Shown: positions 12,086 to 23,227, numbered from the stretch's first letter. The stretch: DNA of 64,000 nucleotides from an uncultured bacterium (GCA_963827235.1 CAWHAE010000010.1:1-64000), one strand, 5' to 3'. Notes: generated from the sequence alone by a model not told the origin. A program made the numbers and translations.

Positions 12086-12858
12086 GGAGGTGCACTCCTG
12101 CCTCCAGCGTTGTCGTTGGCAGGCAAGGAGGAGGGTGCATCCAGGCAGGCAATCCCGGCGCAGGCGGATGCAGGTGACCGTCGTGGATGCACGGCACGAC
12201 GCACACGCGCCCAGGCAGCACGGCGCCAGGGCGTCAACACCGAGAGCCATCCGTGCCGTTGGCGGATTATGACCACGAGCGAGGACACCAGCAGCGTGCG
12301 GGTTAGGAGGGTGTCGATCAGACGCCGGCCACTACGCCCGCGGCGATGTCCTGGACCCGCCAGTCGCCGCACAGCGTACGGAGGATCTTGGGCAAGGGGC
12401 ACACCGGCGGCTGCGTCTCTACAGCGCTCCTCTCCGCTGTCCACCCGTGGCTCGGTCGAGGCAGGCCCGCGTGTCATCGTAGCACAGCGCCACCAGCGTG
12501 TCGGGGACCAGGACGCGACGCGCGGGCTCGGCTTGCACCCGCCGGCCGTTGCCGGCGCCGACTCGCCCGATCGCGGCGGCTACTGGTATGCCACGCGCAA
12601 AGTCTAGTCGTAGACAGCGAACAGAGCCTTGGCGAAGCCCAGATTAGCGCCACGCCGGGCATCGAGCACGGTTTGCCCAGGCCTGGCCACGCGGGTCGCG
12701 GGGAGCAACTGGCAAAACGCACTTCGTCTGCCGTGCTGTGCGCGCGTTTGCTGGTTGGCCACACCAAGACACGTGCCCACACGACACGCAGGTGCGTGTA
12801 GCTACGGTGTAGGATAGGCTGAGGAGCGGGCGAGGGACGGAACGAGGAGCGAGGCGAG

Positions 12859-13158
12859 ATGAAGCATGAGTGGCAGGACCAGCCGGGCGGACCGGCTGTG
12901 ACGGAGGAGCAGCGCAGGGTCGCGGCCGAGCTTGATCGCCAGGTACGTAAGCTGGTCGAGCGTGGCTGTGATGACCTCGCCATTTTCGGCACACTGGCAG
13001 AGCGCGGTCTGCCGCGGTTCAAGTGGCTGATGGACACAACAACGCTGGACGGTCTGAATACGCTGTGTGCCGAGTACGACGGCTTCAGGCACTACGCGGA
13101 GCTACTTGAGAGCGTCAGCCGCAGTATGTTGTCAGAGCCGCCTGACGACTTGGAGTGA
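12859..13158 (+). CDS. conserved hypothetical helical protein (99 aa)
   Basis: purine-rich RBS; protein-like amphipathic sequence FKWLMDT...LCAEYDGFRHYAELLE. Confidence 0.7.
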   Translation: MKHEWQDQPGGPAVTEEQRRVAAELDRQVRKLVERGCDDLAIFGTLAERGLPRFKWLMDTTTLDGLNTLCAEYDGFRHYAELLESVSRSMLSEPPDDLE

Positions 13159-13444
13159 GCGCTGCGCGACGCACCCAATGGGAATTAGGAGTTTGTACCC
13201 GCCTCATCTTCATGCAGTGTCTCCACGGCCGGTGCCGGCTGTGTGAAGCCGGGCCACCCGTCACCGAGCGCGGAACTGCTCACTCATGATCGGGGCGAAA
13301 GTGTTGCGATGCGGGTGAGTGAGGCTCGTTCGACAAGTCGGACACGCTTCGGCGGGCCGCAAGCACTGAGCAGCGGGGCTGATAGCCGCGCGGTACCATT
13401 GAGGCAGCCCGGCCGGGAACGAGCATCGGGCCGGGGATTCCATC

Positions 13445-14527
13445 GTGGGGACACCGCCCGTGAGAACGCACGCGCAGGACCGAGCGCCAGACGAGCCGCC
13501 GCCCGGGCTGCGGCAGGCCCTGTTAACGGAGCCGGCAGGCCTGGATGGCCGGGTTCGTTGCCGGCAGTGCCAGCGGCTATGCTCCCTGCCACCTGGCAAG
13601 ATTGGCTACTGCCGCACCAAGGTCAACCTCGACGGCACAGTCTACGACGGCATCTACGGCGTTGTCGCGGCAGCAGCCGCCGATCCCATCGAGAAGAAGC
13701 CGGTATACCACTACCGGCCCGGGACGCGCGTCTTCTCGGTCGGCTCGCCGGGCTGCAACTTCCGCTGCCGGTTCTGCCAGAACTGGGAGCTGGCCTACGC
13801 CAATCCGTGCCAGCAAGGCAGGTGGCCTGCGCCCAATTTGGCCCCGGCAGCGTTAGTTGAAGCTGCGTTAGCGCAGAGCTGCCAAGGGGTGGCGTGGACG
13901 TACAGTGAGCCGTCGATCTGGCTTACCTACACGCTGGAGTGTGCGCAACTGGCCAAGGCGGCCGGGCTGTACACGGTGTACGTGACCAACGGCTACGCGA
14001 CGCGGGAGCACCTGGACCTCATCGCACCCTACCTGGACGTGTACCGGGTCGACATCAAGAGCACGGGCGACCGATTCTACCGGGCCCTGGCGCACACGCG
14101 TCCAAAGGACCTGCTGGCGGTGACGGCGCGGGCTCGGGGCCAGTGGGGGCTGCACGTCGAGTGCGTGACCAACGTAGTGCCAGGTTGGAACGACAGCGAC
14201 GTCGAGCTGCGGCAGACGGCGGCGTGGATCGCGGCGAACCTGGGTGGGCTGACGCCCTGGCACCTGACGCGGTTCTTCCCGGCGGCGCAGCTGCTCGAGA
14301 CGCCAGCGACGCCGGTGGCGACGCTGCTGCGCGGTCGCCGCCTGGGACAGGCGGAGGGCTTGCGGTACGTCTACCTCGGCAACGTGGCGGACATCGCCGG
14401 CGACACGAAATGTCCTGGCTGCGGGCTGGTGCTCATCCGGCGGGCGGGGTACCGGGTGCAAGTCATCGGTACGATCAGGGGCGGTCAGTGCGGCCGTTGT
14501 GGCGCGAGTGTCAACATCACACTGTAA
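13445..14527 (+). CDS. amrS: AmmeMemoRadiSam system radical SAM enzyme
   Basis: N-terminal CRQCQRLC...GYCRTK, DPIEKKPVYHY, CNFRCRFCQNW (CxxxCxxC), TYSEP, VTNGY, PWHLTRFFP, YVYLGNV, C-terminal Zn ribbon. Confidence 0.93.
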   Translation: MGTPPVRTHAQDRAPDEPPPGLRQALLTEPAGLDGRVRCRQCQRLCSLPPGKIGYCRTKVNLDGTVYDGIYGVVAAAAADPIEKKPVYHYRPGTRVFSVGSPGCNFRCRFCQNWELAYANPCQQGRWPAPNLAPAALVEAALAQSCQGVAWTYSEPSIWLTYTLECAQLAKAAGLYTVYVTNGYATREHLDLIAPYLDVYRVDIKSTGDRFYRALAHTRPKDLLAVTARARGQWGLHVECVTNVVPGWNDSDVELRQTAAWIAANLGGLTPWHLTRFFPAAQLLETPATPVATLLRGRRLGQAEGLRYVYLGNVADIAGDTKCPGCGLVLIRRAGYRVQVIGTIRGGQCGRCGASVNITL

Positions 14528-14721
14528 GCAGTCGCAGCGTAGCCCTGATCGACTGTCCGGCAGGATCTGGCGCCTCGCCTATCCGGCAGCGAAGGGCTCG
14601 AGCCGACGTCGACGGGCGCCAGTGCGGGAGTTGACGTCGTCTGCCGAGCGCGGCATACTGGGCGCGGCGCATGGCGCGCGGCGGCGCCCGTTCGCGAGGC
14701 GTGAGGAGGGAACACGGCGGC

Positions 14722-15375
14722 ATGTTGGTCGGCGCGGCATTCCTGCCCCATCCAGCGATTCTCTTGCCGGCGTTCGCCGCCCAACGCGGGGATGCGGTGG
14801 ACGAGACCATAGTAGCGGTGCGCCGGGCGTGCCGGTGGATGGCGGATGACTTGCGCCCGGCGCGCCTCATTATCGCCTCGCCCCACCGCGGTCACGGCTT
14901 TGACGTGCCCATGTACTTCCTCCGCGAGTCGCTCGGCCGGCTGCCTGCGGTTGAGCAGATCCTGACGGTGTGGGAGGAGCCCTTGGCCGCGTACGTTGCG
15001 CTGGGGGAGGCCATCGCGGCACGCGAACGTGCGAATGAGACGCGGGTGGCCGTCGTGGCATCCGGTGACTGCTCGCACGTCCTCTTGGCCAGTGGACCCT
15101 ACGGCTACCATCCCGCAGGGCCCCTGCTCGATGCGGCAATCGTGAAGGCGGTCCGCTCCGGCGACCCGGCGAATCTGCTCGGCATCGATGAGGCGATCGT
15201 GGAGGCTGGCAAGGCGTGCGGCCTGCGGTCCTTCCTCCTCGCACTGGCGGCGGTGCGTCCGTCGTGGTGCGAGGTGGTTTCCTACCAGGCCCCCTATGGG
15301 GTTGGCTACCTTGTCGCGACAGCTGACTCGACGGCTGCGGTGGGCGCGCTGGAGCATGCAGTGGGGAAGGGGTGA
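14722..15375 (+). CDS. class III extradiol dioxygenase subunit B / MEMO-like protein, internally short
   Basis: AAFLPHPAILLP, IIASPH, ASGDCSH, GPYGYHPAGP, CGLRS, SYQAPYGVGYLVA; adjacent to amrS. Confidence 0.8.
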   Translation: MLVGAAFLPHPAILLPAFAAQRGDAVDETIVAVRRACRWMADDLRPARLIIASPHRGHGFDVPMYFLRESLGRLPAVEQILTVWEEPLAAYVALGEAIAARERANETRVAVVASGDCSHVLLASGPYGYHPAGPLLDAAIVKAVRSGDPANLLGIDEAIVEAGKACGLRSFLLALAAVRPSWCEVVSYQAPYGVGYLVATADSTAAVGALEHAVGKG

Positions 15376-15394
15376 GACCGGGCAGCACGCCAGG

Positions 15395-15800
15395 TCAGGT
15401 CTCCAGCCGCGCCAGGGCAGCCAGATCCTCCGCACGCTGCTTGGCCCGCCGCTCGTTGCTGGCCTGGTTCTTGGTGCAGACCAGGGTGTAGGGGCGCCCT
15501 TTGCGCTCCGTGGTCACGTCCAGGTCGGCGTTGGCGGCCCGGATTGTCCCTTCCACGTGCTGCCGGTCAAGCTCGGCAGCCTTGAGGCTCCACGTCTTGC
15601 GGGCGGGATCGGCCAGAAACTGGCCGAGCGAGCTGCAGTTGGCGCAGTGGCAGGCGAGCGTGCTCTCCCTTCTCCAGTCAGGTGGCGGTGCCAGTGGCTG
15701 GGCGATACGCGCCCGGAGGTGCTCCAGACAGATGTCGCGCAAGCGGCGCACGGCCGGCACGTTCCGGCTCGCCGACTGGTCGTGCAGAAACAAAATGCCC
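15395..15800 (-). pseudogene. C-terminal remnant of a large 2OG-Fe(II) oxygenase-like protein; 5' limit approximate
   Basis: PLAPPPDWRRESTLACHCANCSSLGQFLADP...RKGRPYTLVCTKNQAS resembles the C-terminus of that family; upstream sequence is not protein-like. Confidence 0.6.
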
Positions 15801-16136
15801 GGCGCTTTCTTCGAAGCGCCCTCCTGTGCTTGCGGGCGGCTCCCGCCGCTTCCCTTGGATGCTGACCCCTCGCCGTGCGTTGACGGGCCCGACGAGCTGA
15901 TGCCTGTCCTGCTCCGGGCGAAATCTCGCGACGCAGGGTTCCCCACTAGCGCGTAGCCTACTACCATGGCGTGTAGGCGCAGTCGCAGGCGTGGGGATCG
16001 AACGCCTGGCCAGTGTCCGAGAGTCACGCGGCGCTGGGCCGGACGCAGAGACGGAGCGACTACCGACAGACTAGGGGGCCGCGAACCGGCCAACCCAGGT
16101 GCGCCGGGGGGCGGTGCACGCGAGAGGAGGGATGCA

Positions 16137-17075
16137 ATGACCCCGGTAATAGCGCTGCGTCGGAACCGCGCAGGGTCGGCCGTCGCGTTGGCCGTGCTCA
16201 TCGCGCTCGTGTTCGGGAGCCTGTGCCCGTCGCCTGTCGCCGCAATCACCCTTGCAGCCACGCGCTACCGCGTGACCCTGGCAGCCAACGGGAGTGTCTC
16301 GCCGAGGGCCATACCTACGGGTTCGGGCGTTCAGCTACGGGCCAGTGTACACCCCGCTCTCGATCAGCAGCACCACCTGCGGATCATTGGGCGGCCACTG
16401 GGCACAACCAGGTCGACGATTCTCAGCGACTGCCCGTCAGGACTATCTCCGTGTCTGGTGGGCGTCCCTGCCAATATTACGAACGTGGAGAACCTCTGGC
16501 AGTTCTACGCCTGGGTGGTCGACCCGCTCGGCACTCAGGTGCTCGGCCGATCGAACGTGGTGAAGGTCCACTGGACCGGAGTGTCGCGCATTGGTACCGA
16601 TGCGACGTGGCTGGTCGATGGGGGCAGGCACGCCGCACCGATACGTCCAGACTGCATCCCCGGCAACTGGGCGTCGGCGGGGGCTGTCTTCCCGGCGCAG
16701 TGGATCTGGTCGAGTGCGTGCATGGCCGGCGATGCGGAGGCCCATACGTTCTCCAGGACCGTGGTCATCGACCTCCCCCAGGCCGGCATCACCGCAGCAA
16801 CGCTCGACATCGCCGTCGACAACTACGCCAGCGTCTTCTTCAACGGGCAGCGGGTGCCATACCAGTTCAGCCCTGTGCGGGATAGTCCAGGCAGTTTCCA
16901 GCTGCACACACTCGATGTGAAGCCCTTTCTCACGCGGATATCCACCACTGGCCTCCTCGTCGATAGCATCAGCATTGAGGTCCATAACTTCCCGCTTGGG
17001 ACGCGCCCCTGTGCTTCGACCCTGCCTGGCTGGTGCAATCCTGCAGGGCTCCTCGCGCGGTTGGTGATCGACTGA
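16137..17075 (+). CDS. secreted protein with galactose-binding-like beta-sandwich C-terminal domain
   Basis: GAGGAGG RBS, signal peptide, AQWIWSS...FSRTVVI...ATLDIAVDNYASVFFNG...NPAGLLARLVI motif set. Confidence 0.75.
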   Translation: MTPVIALRRNRAGSAVALAVLIALVFGSLCPSPVAAITLAATRYRVTLAANGSVSPRAIPTGSGVQLRASVHPALDQQHHLRIIGRPLGTTRSTILSDCPSGLSPCLVGVPANITNVENLWQFYAWVVDPLGTQVLGRSNVVKVHWTGVSRIGTDATWLVDGGRHAAPIRPDCIPGNWASAGAVFPAQWIWSSACMAGDAEAHTFSRTVVIDLPQAGITAATLDIAVDNYASVFFNGQRVPYQFSPVRDSPGSFQLHTLDVKPFLTRISTTGLLVDSISIEVHNFPLGTRPCASTLPGWCNPAGLLARLVID

Positions 17076-17424
17076 TGCCAGAATGGCAAAGCGACGACAA
17101 GCGGCGTAATCAGGGTCAGCTCCGCCGTAATCCCGGGGCGCAGGTCTTGAGCGAAGACAGCAGGCGGCACGCTGATGTCGCGGGCAGAAGCAGGTGGCAC
17201 CGAGGGCTGATCGGCCGATAGGTGGCCACCGCGGCAGGTCCTACGCTGAGACTGGTACTCGCTGGACGCGTCAACGCTCGTGCAAAGTGCCCTTGCCCCC
17301 AACACAACGCCTGCATTGTTGGGCCATCTGACCATCATCGCCTGCAGCATCATGCCTGAGGCCGCTCGCTGGGCAGCGAGTTTGGCGAGCTAAGGAAGTG
17401 CTCGCCTTTTTCGCCGCTCCACGA

Positions 17425-17462
17425 GATAGATGAGGAACCGGCGGGCCGGTTCCTTATCTATC
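17425..17462. terminator. 17-bp stem hairpin between convergent genes
   Basis: GATAGATGAGGAACCGG-cggg-CCGGTTCCTTATCTATC with one G-T pair. Confidence 0.6.
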
Positions 17463-17539
17463 AAGCGTTGGACCGCGCCGGCCGACAGCCGGCACGAGTC
17501 TCCGTTGCGTCATGCACCGCTGTCGTCCGTGCGTGTCGT

Positions 17540-18073
17540 TCACTGGGCATTTCCGTTGGCGGGGAACACCTTGCGGCTGGTCATGGTGATGATCGCCGGC
17601 ACGCTCGTGCCGTCGGGCAGGTGCAGCGACGTCATGATAGCCCGCATCTCGCTCCCGTTGTCATCGAACACCGCGAACCAGGTCGCCGTGCGCTGCAAAG
17701 CGCCCGTCTTCGGGTCGAGGAGGCGGACTGCGATGGTCCCGGTGCAGTCCGGATTCACGGTGACGGTCCCCCTGGGTGCGTTCACGGCGGCGACGCCGCC
17801 CGCGCTGGTGGTCTGCGTCCCCGCGGCGATGTTGCCCTGGGCATCCCAGGTGTTCTCCCCCACGATGTCAAACTGGACCGGGCCGGTCGACCGGATAAGC
17901 GTGCCGGTGCCGGTGTAGGCCCACTGGCCGGCCTCGGCGGCGGCCGAGCACGTGCCGGCGCTTTGGCGCTGCGCCTGAGCAGGCGTTCGCGCTCCCGTGG
18001 GCGCCACGACTACCGCCAGCCCCAACACGAGCGCGCCCACGATACACCATGTCCAGACAGTAGTGCGCTTCAT
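17540..18073 (-). CDS. secreted beta-strand-rich protein; output gene of cassette 2
   Basis: GAAAGGAGCA RBS, signal peptide MKRTTVWTWCIVGALVLGLAVVVAP, paired Cys motifs TCSAA and TVNPDCTGTI. Confidence 0.82.
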   Translation of the reverse strand: MKRTTVWTWCIVGALVLGLAVVVAPTGARTPAQAQRQSAGTCSAAAEAGQWAYTGTGTLIRSTGPVQFDIVGENTWDAQGNIAAGTQTTSAGGVAAVNAPRGTVTVNPDCTGTIAVRLLDPKTGALQRTATWFAVFDDNGSEMRAIMTSLHLPDGTSVPAIITMTSRKVFPANGNAQ

Positions 18074-18344
18074 GAATGTGCTCCTTTCTGAGAATCCAGC
18101 AACTTCGATGATCATGCGCGCAATACGTGCTCCATCCTCTTCTGCGCTCGCTTCACTCTCCTTCCTGGTACGCCCGATAGCGTGTCTCTTGGTGCACCTG
18201 GCCCAACGGCACCGAATCAGGCAGCCCCCTGGCCCTGCGCTGAGGGCGGTCGACCCCGCAAATGTCACCGGCCACCGAAGGCTGCTGGCGGCCACACCGA
18301 CGAGGGTTGTTTCGGTGAGCGACCGGGATCGCACTCTCCCGCCT

Positions 18345-18436
18345 AGTCTGTGCCTGCCGGACACCGGATACCAGGCCCAGTAGCGGACCAGTAGGGGACC
18401 AGTAGCGGCACACTGCGGTGCAGGGCGTGCTATGAT
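18345..18436. promoter_or_regulatory. divergent promoter region, cassette 2, with three 11-bp direct repeats
   Basis: CCAGTAGCGGA/CCAGTAGGGGA/CCAGTAGCGGC at 18377-18409; minus-strand GGCACAGACT at 18345-18354; plus-strand GTGCTATGAT at 18427-18436. Confidence 0.7.
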
Positions 18437-18486
18437 GGTGCCGGCAGCGGGAGGAAGGTGGTGGCTGTCGTCTCAGGTAGGGTGCG

Positions 18487-21432
18487 ATGGCCGGCACGGA
18501 GGCGCAGGCATTCGGGGCGTTGCTGCGGCAGCTGCGCCTAGCCGCCAGCCTGACGCAGGAGGCGTTGGCGGAGCGGGCGGGTTTGAGCGTGCGCGGGCTC
18601 AGACACCTCGAAGACGGCACCCGCCATCCCTATCCGGACACCCTGAGCCAGCTGGTTGCGGCGCTGGGTCTGAGCGGCGCCGCCCGCGAGCGCTTGCTCG
18701 CCGTGGCGCGCAACCGGCAAGCGCGGGTCGTACCTTCGGTCGCGTTCCCGTGGCCGGCACCTATTCAGGACGAACCGTCCCTTCTTGTGGGGCGCGTGGA
18801 GGAATTGTCCCTGCTGGACCGGCACCTCGCCGGTCGGGGAGCGCCGGTGCTGTTGCTGGCGGGCGAGCCGGGCATCGGCAAGACGCGGCTGCTGCTGGAA
18901 GCAGCACGACGTGCTACGCCGCTAGGCTGGACGGTGCTGGCGGGCGGCTGCACGCGCGCCGGCCAGGAGCCCTACGCCCCGCTGGCCGAGGCGCTGGAAC
19001 GCTACCTGGCGGCTTTGGTGCCATCCGCTGCGCAGGCGGTGCTGGCGGACTGTGCCTGGCTGTCCCGCCTACTGCCCGATCTGCCCGCGGACGCGCTTGA
19101 GTCGCTCCCGACCGCGTATCTGGGCCACCTACAGGAACGCCAACTGCTGTTCAAAGCCGTCCGGCGCTGTCTGGCCAACGTGGCAGGGACGACCGGCACG
19201 CTCCTCCTGCTCGACGACCTGCAGTGGGCGGGGGCCGATGCCCTGGCGCTGCTGGCGCACCTGCTGCAGCAGAGCACCAGCGCACCCCTGCGAGTGGTGG
19301 GCGCCTACCGGGACACGGAGGTGGGGCCCGAGCACCCACTCAGCAGTCTGCTGGCCGAGCTGGCCGAGCGGCAGCTGGGGGCGCAGCGGCGGCTGGGACC
19401 CCTGATCTGGCAGGAGGCACAGCAGCTGCTCGGCTCGCTGCTGGGCGAGCGCGGGGGAGCGGCCTGGCAGGCACAGATGGCCCGGCGCGCGGGTGGGGTG
19501 CCATTCTTCCTGGTCAGCTGTGCGCGGAGCCTGCAGCAGGAGGCGGGCGCGGAGCCCACGGCCGAGGAGCTGCCCTGGGACGTGCGGCAGAGCATCCGGC
19601 GGCGGGTGCAGGCGCTGCCCGAGGTAGGCCGCCAGCTGCTGGCGGTAGCGGCGGTGGTGGGCCGCGTGAGCCCGCACCGGCTGCTGCTGGCCGTGCTCCA
19701 GCAGCCGGAAGGCGCGATGCTGGACGCGCTCGACGGCGCCTGCCGGCAGGGGCTGCTGCAGGAGGTGGGGGACGATAGCTACGGCTTCGTGCACGACCTC
19801 ATCCATGAGGTCGTGGAGGGCGATCTGGGTCTGGCGAGACGTCGCCTGCTGCACCGGCAGGTCGCCGAGGCGCTGGAGGGGCAGGGCGGGCAGGCGCCGG
19901 TGGAGGCGCTGGCCTACCACTACAGCCAGGCGGGCGAGCAGGCCAAAGCGGCGGCGTACCTGGAGCAGGCCGGCGACCAGGCGGCGGACCGCTTTGCCAC
20001 CGCGGCGGCCGCGGAGCACTACCGGCTGCTGATGGCCTGCCTGGAAGGCTTGGATCGGCCGGCAGACCTGGCGCGTGCGAGCGAAAAGCTCGGCTGGCAA
20101 CTCCACCTCGTGGGGCAGCTCGACGCGGCCCTGGCGGCACTGGAGCGGGCAGCGGCCAGCGCGCGTATGGCCGGCGACCTCGACAGCCTGGCGCGGGTGG
20201 AAGCACACATCGCCAACGGCCACTGGTGGCGAGGCACCATCGCCGCGGGGCTGGCCCGGTTGCAGCCGGCGGCGGCGACCCTGGAAGCCAGGGGCCCGTC
20301 GTCCGGCCTGACAGGGGTGTATGGCGAGATGGCTTTTCTCCTTCATCATGACGGCCGATACGAGGAGGCCCTGGCGGCAGCCGAGCGCGCGGTGGCGATG
20401 GCACGCCTGCTGGGAGATAGCGGCACCCTGGGGTGGCGGCAGTACTACCAAGTGCGATGTCTCTTCATGCTGAGCCGCATTGACGAGGCGTTCCAAGCCC
20501 TGGAGGATACCGTGCGGATGGCAGAGGAGCTGGACGATCGCTTCCTTCTCTGCTGGTGTCTCCTGGACCGGGCCTGGATCCATGAGGAACGCGGCCAGTA
20601 CGAGGAGGAACGGCGGGACGCCGGGCGCGTCCTCGCCCTCGCGCCCGCGGAACCGACGACCTTGCCGGCCGTCCTGCTCCTCGCCAACAGCCGGCTGGGC
20701 GCGAGTGCCTTCTTCACCGGCGACTGGCCGCAAGCCCGCGACTGGCTCAAGAAGAACATCGCCCTCCTGGCGTGGTGCCCCCCTGAGGGACAGGCCGTCG
20801 CGATCCCCCACCTCGACTGCGGCCGCCTGTGCCTAGCCGAGGGCGACTGGGAGGAGGCAGCCCGCCATCTTGAAGCCGGCCTGGCCGCCTTCCCCGAAAG
20901 CGGTGAAATGAGCCTGGTGCGAAAGGCGCAGGGCCTGCTGGCCGAGCGCGACGTGCTGGCCGGCGACCCGGCCGCGGCCCGCGCCCGGCTCCTCCCGCTG
21001 CTTGGCCGGCCGGGTCGGGAGGAGTGGGACGTGACGCAGTACCTGCTGCCGGTACTGGCCTGGGCCCAGCTGGAGCTGGGGCAGACCGAGCAGGCAGCGG
21101 CAACGGCGGGCACCGCGGTGCAGCGGGCGCGGGAAGGTCCCTGCCGGCTTGGGCTGGTCACTGCCCTGCGCGTGCAGGCCCTGGTCTTCCTCGCGTGGGG
21201 GCCCCTGACCGAGGCCGCGCACGCCCTGGATGAGGGGCTGGCCGTGGCCCGTGCAATGCCGTATCCGCACGGCGAGGGACGGCTGCTGGAGGTCTACGCC
21301 CGGCTTCACCGGGCCCGCGGGGACGCTGGGACCGCGCGGGAGCGGCTGGAGGCGGCGCTGGTCATCTTTCACCGGCTGGGCGCGGTGAAAGATGAAGTGC
21401 GCGTCCAGCAGCTGTTGGTCACACTCGGTTGA
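18487..21432 (+). CDS. XRE-HTH / AAA_16-type STAND ATPase / TPR regulator
   Basis: FGALLRQLRLAASLTQEALAERAG, LVGRVEEL, GEPGIGKT, LLLLDDLQWA, GGVPFFL, FVHDLIHEV, LAYHY, TPR helices. Confidence 0.92.
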   Translation: MAGTEAQAFGALLRQLRLAASLTQEALAERAGLSVRGLRHLEDGTRHPYPDTLSQLVAALGLSGAARERLLAVARNRQARVVPSVAFPWPAPIQDEPSLLVGRVEELSLLDRHLAGRGAPVLLLAGEPGIGKTRLLLEAARRATPLGWTVLAGGCTRAGQEPYAPLAEALERYLAALVPSAAQAVLADCAWLSRLLPDLPADALESLPTAYLGHLQERQLLFKAVRRCLANVAGTTGTLLLLDDLQWAGADALALLAHLLQQSTSAPLRVVGAYRDTEVGPEHPLSSLLAELAERQLGAQRRLGPLIWQEAQQLLGSLLGERGGAAWQAQMARRAGGVPFFLVSCARSLQQEAGAEPTAEELPWDVRQSIRRRVQALPEVGRQLLAVAAVVGRVSPHRLLLAVLQQPEGAMLDALDGACRQGLLQEVGDDSYGFVHDLIHEVVEGDLGLARRRLLHRQVAEALEGQGGQAPVEALAYHYSQAGEQAKAAAYLEQAGDQAADRFATAAAAEHYRLLMACLEGLDRPADLARASEKLGWQLHLVGQLDAALAALERAAASARMAGDLDSLARVEAHIANGHWWRGTIAAGLARLQPAAATLEARGPSSGLTGVYGEMAFLLHHDGRYEEALAAAERAVAMARLLGDSGTLGWRQYYQVRCLFMLSRIDEAFQALEDTVRMAEELDDRFLLCWCLLDRAWIHEERGQYEEERRDAGRVLALAPAEPTTLPAVLLLANSRLGASAFFTGDWPQARDWLKKNIALLAWCPPEGQAVAIPHLDCGRLCLAEGDWEEAARHLEAGLAAFPESGEMSLVRKAQGLLAERDVLAGDPAAARARLLPLLGRPGREEWDVTQYLLPVLAWAQLELGQTEQAAATAGTAVQRAREGPCRLGLVTALRVQALVFLAWGPLTEAAHALDEGLAVARAMPYPHGEGRLLEVYARLHRARGDAGTARERLEAALVIFHRLGAVKDEVRVQQLLVTLG

Positions 21433-21439
21433 TACGTGC

Positions 21440-22045
21440 TAGTGGGTCGGTTGACAAGCTACATGCCGTAAGGAGGGAGGTGCGCGGTGCTGGCTGAGCG
21501 TTGTATGCGTCCAGTCCGTGTGGAGGCGCCCCATGGCTCAGCCGCAGAAGGAACCGCTCCGACCTCTCACCCCGGAGGAGCACACCGAGTTAGTGCGCAT
21601 CAGCCGGTCAGCGAGCGAACCTGCAGGCACGGTGGTCCGCGCCAAAGCGGTGCTGGCGGTGGCAGCGGGGCAGCGCTTCACCGACGCGGCGCGGACGGCG
21701 GGCCGGCGCAGCGGCGATGGGGTGGCGCAGCTGGTGGTGCGCTTCAACCGCCTGGGACTGCGGGCACTGCAGCACCAGTGGCGCGGCGGGCCGCCGCGGC
21801 AGTACGGGACGGCCGAGCAGGCGCGGATTCTGGCCGAGGCGCAGCGGTCGCCGGACCGCGAGGCGGACGGGACGGCGACCTGGTCGCTGGTCACGCTGCA
21901 GCGGGCGCTACGGCGGGCGCCCGACGGGCTGCCGCATGTGAGCACGCAGACCATCTTCGCTGTGCTGCACGAGGCGGGCTACACCTACCAGCGCGATCGC
22001 AGCTGGTGCCCGACGGGCACGGCGGTGCGCAAGCGCAAGCGCGGC
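21440..22045 (+). mobile_element. truncated IS630-family element; HTH part of the transposase from ATG 21533, DDE domain absent
   Basis: [12 protein letters not shown]...[11 protein letters not shown]...RFNRLGL...[14 protein letters not shown]...[18 protein letters not shown]; similarity ends at RKRKRG; the candidate left end begins with TA just after the regulator stop. Confidence 0.8.
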
Positions 22046-22296
22046 TCACTTGGTGCCCGCAGTGGTGGTAGCACGCCGTGGCGATCGCCCGACTCGAAGC
22101 GCTCTGGCGTGCCTGGGAAGTGTGCCGTGACGCCGACGGGGAAGCTCCGCCACGGTGGTTCTGGCAGCACTGCGACCCGATGCTCGCGGTCCTCATGGAT
22201 GCCAAAGCCGGCCCGCCGTGCGACTGCAAGCCCGACTTTACCTGCCGCTGAGCCCACCAACCCCTAGACCAGATCCGCGTGTGCGATAATTGATGG

Positions 22297-22893
22297 ATGG
22301 TGATCGAATCGGCGAGACGGCGGTCTATGGGCGAGGCACGGTCTCGCATCCTCGACGTGGCCCTTGAAGTCCTCGCCAAGAACCCAGATGCGGGGATGGG
22401 TGACATCGCCGTGGCCGCCGGCGTTGTGCGCAGAACCGTGTACGGCCACTTCCCGTCACGGATCGACCTGGTCCGCTCTCTCGCCCAGCTGGCGGTAGAC
22501 GAGGTCCAAGAGGTTCTCGACGGTGCTAAAGCGACCGGCAAGACTGCTCCGCAGGTGTGGGCCGACTTCATTTCCCGCGTGTGGCCGCTAGCTCATCGCT
22601 ACCGCGTGCTGGTCGTTCTCCGCCGCAGCGAATACGGTAGAGAGATCCATGCCCTTCTCAAGCCCGTTGACGACAGCATTGCGGAACTCGTCCGACAAGG
22701 ACAGGCGGCCGGTTCGTTCGGTCGGCACCTTCCCGCCGATGTCCTTGGACAAATCGCCTACGCTGCCGTTTTCAACATCTTCGATAGCGGTTCAGCGGAT
22801 GGCAGTTTCTCTGCTCGCGAGGCGACCATCACGAGCTTGCTTACCCTTGGGGTGCCCGCCTCGACGGCCTCCGAGCTAGCGAAAAGCCGATAA
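22297..22893 (+). CDS. TetR/AcrR family regulator, probably leaderless
   Basis: RILDVALEVL...MGDIAVAAGVVRRTVYGHFPSRIDL; TGcGATAAT extended -10 ends 7 nt before the ATG. Confidence 0.9.
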   Translation: MVIESARRRSMGEARSRILDVALEVLAKNPDAGMGDIAVAAGVVRRTVYGHFPSRIDLVRSLAQLAVDEVQEVLDGAKATGKTAPQVWADFISRVWPLAHRYRVLVVLRRSEYGREIHALLKPVDDSIAELVRQGQAAGSFGRHLPADVLGQIAYAAVFNIFDSGSADGSFSAREATITSLLTLGVPASTASELAKSR

Positions 22894-23227
22894 CGCAACG
22901 ACCCCATGAGAGAATCCCGAAGGGGTTCGGTTAGCAGAGCTCTCAGGGCATCCGTGACGTCGGACCAGGCCCGGTTGCCACGGTCGACGGGCTCGGTCAT
23001 TCTCAAATCGAGGACCGCGCCCACGCATCTCGCAGAGCGTCGTCATGCATTTCGGAGTCGGTATCGCAACCTTGCCGTCTGCGAGAACGTCGCGTTTTCG
23101 TTGCAGCGACGCAGCCGCCTTCTTTTCCGATGGGATGAAAGCGAGGGCCGCCAAGTATTGGACTTCTTACACCGAGGCCCTGTCTTCGATCGTGGGCTCA
23201 CCCGGCGGAATCGACTCACACCATTCG

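Noticed and set aside
12318-12400. Possible SulP N-terminal remnant on the minus strand (PKILRTLCGDWRVQDIAAGVVAGV)
   Set aside because: Too short to support
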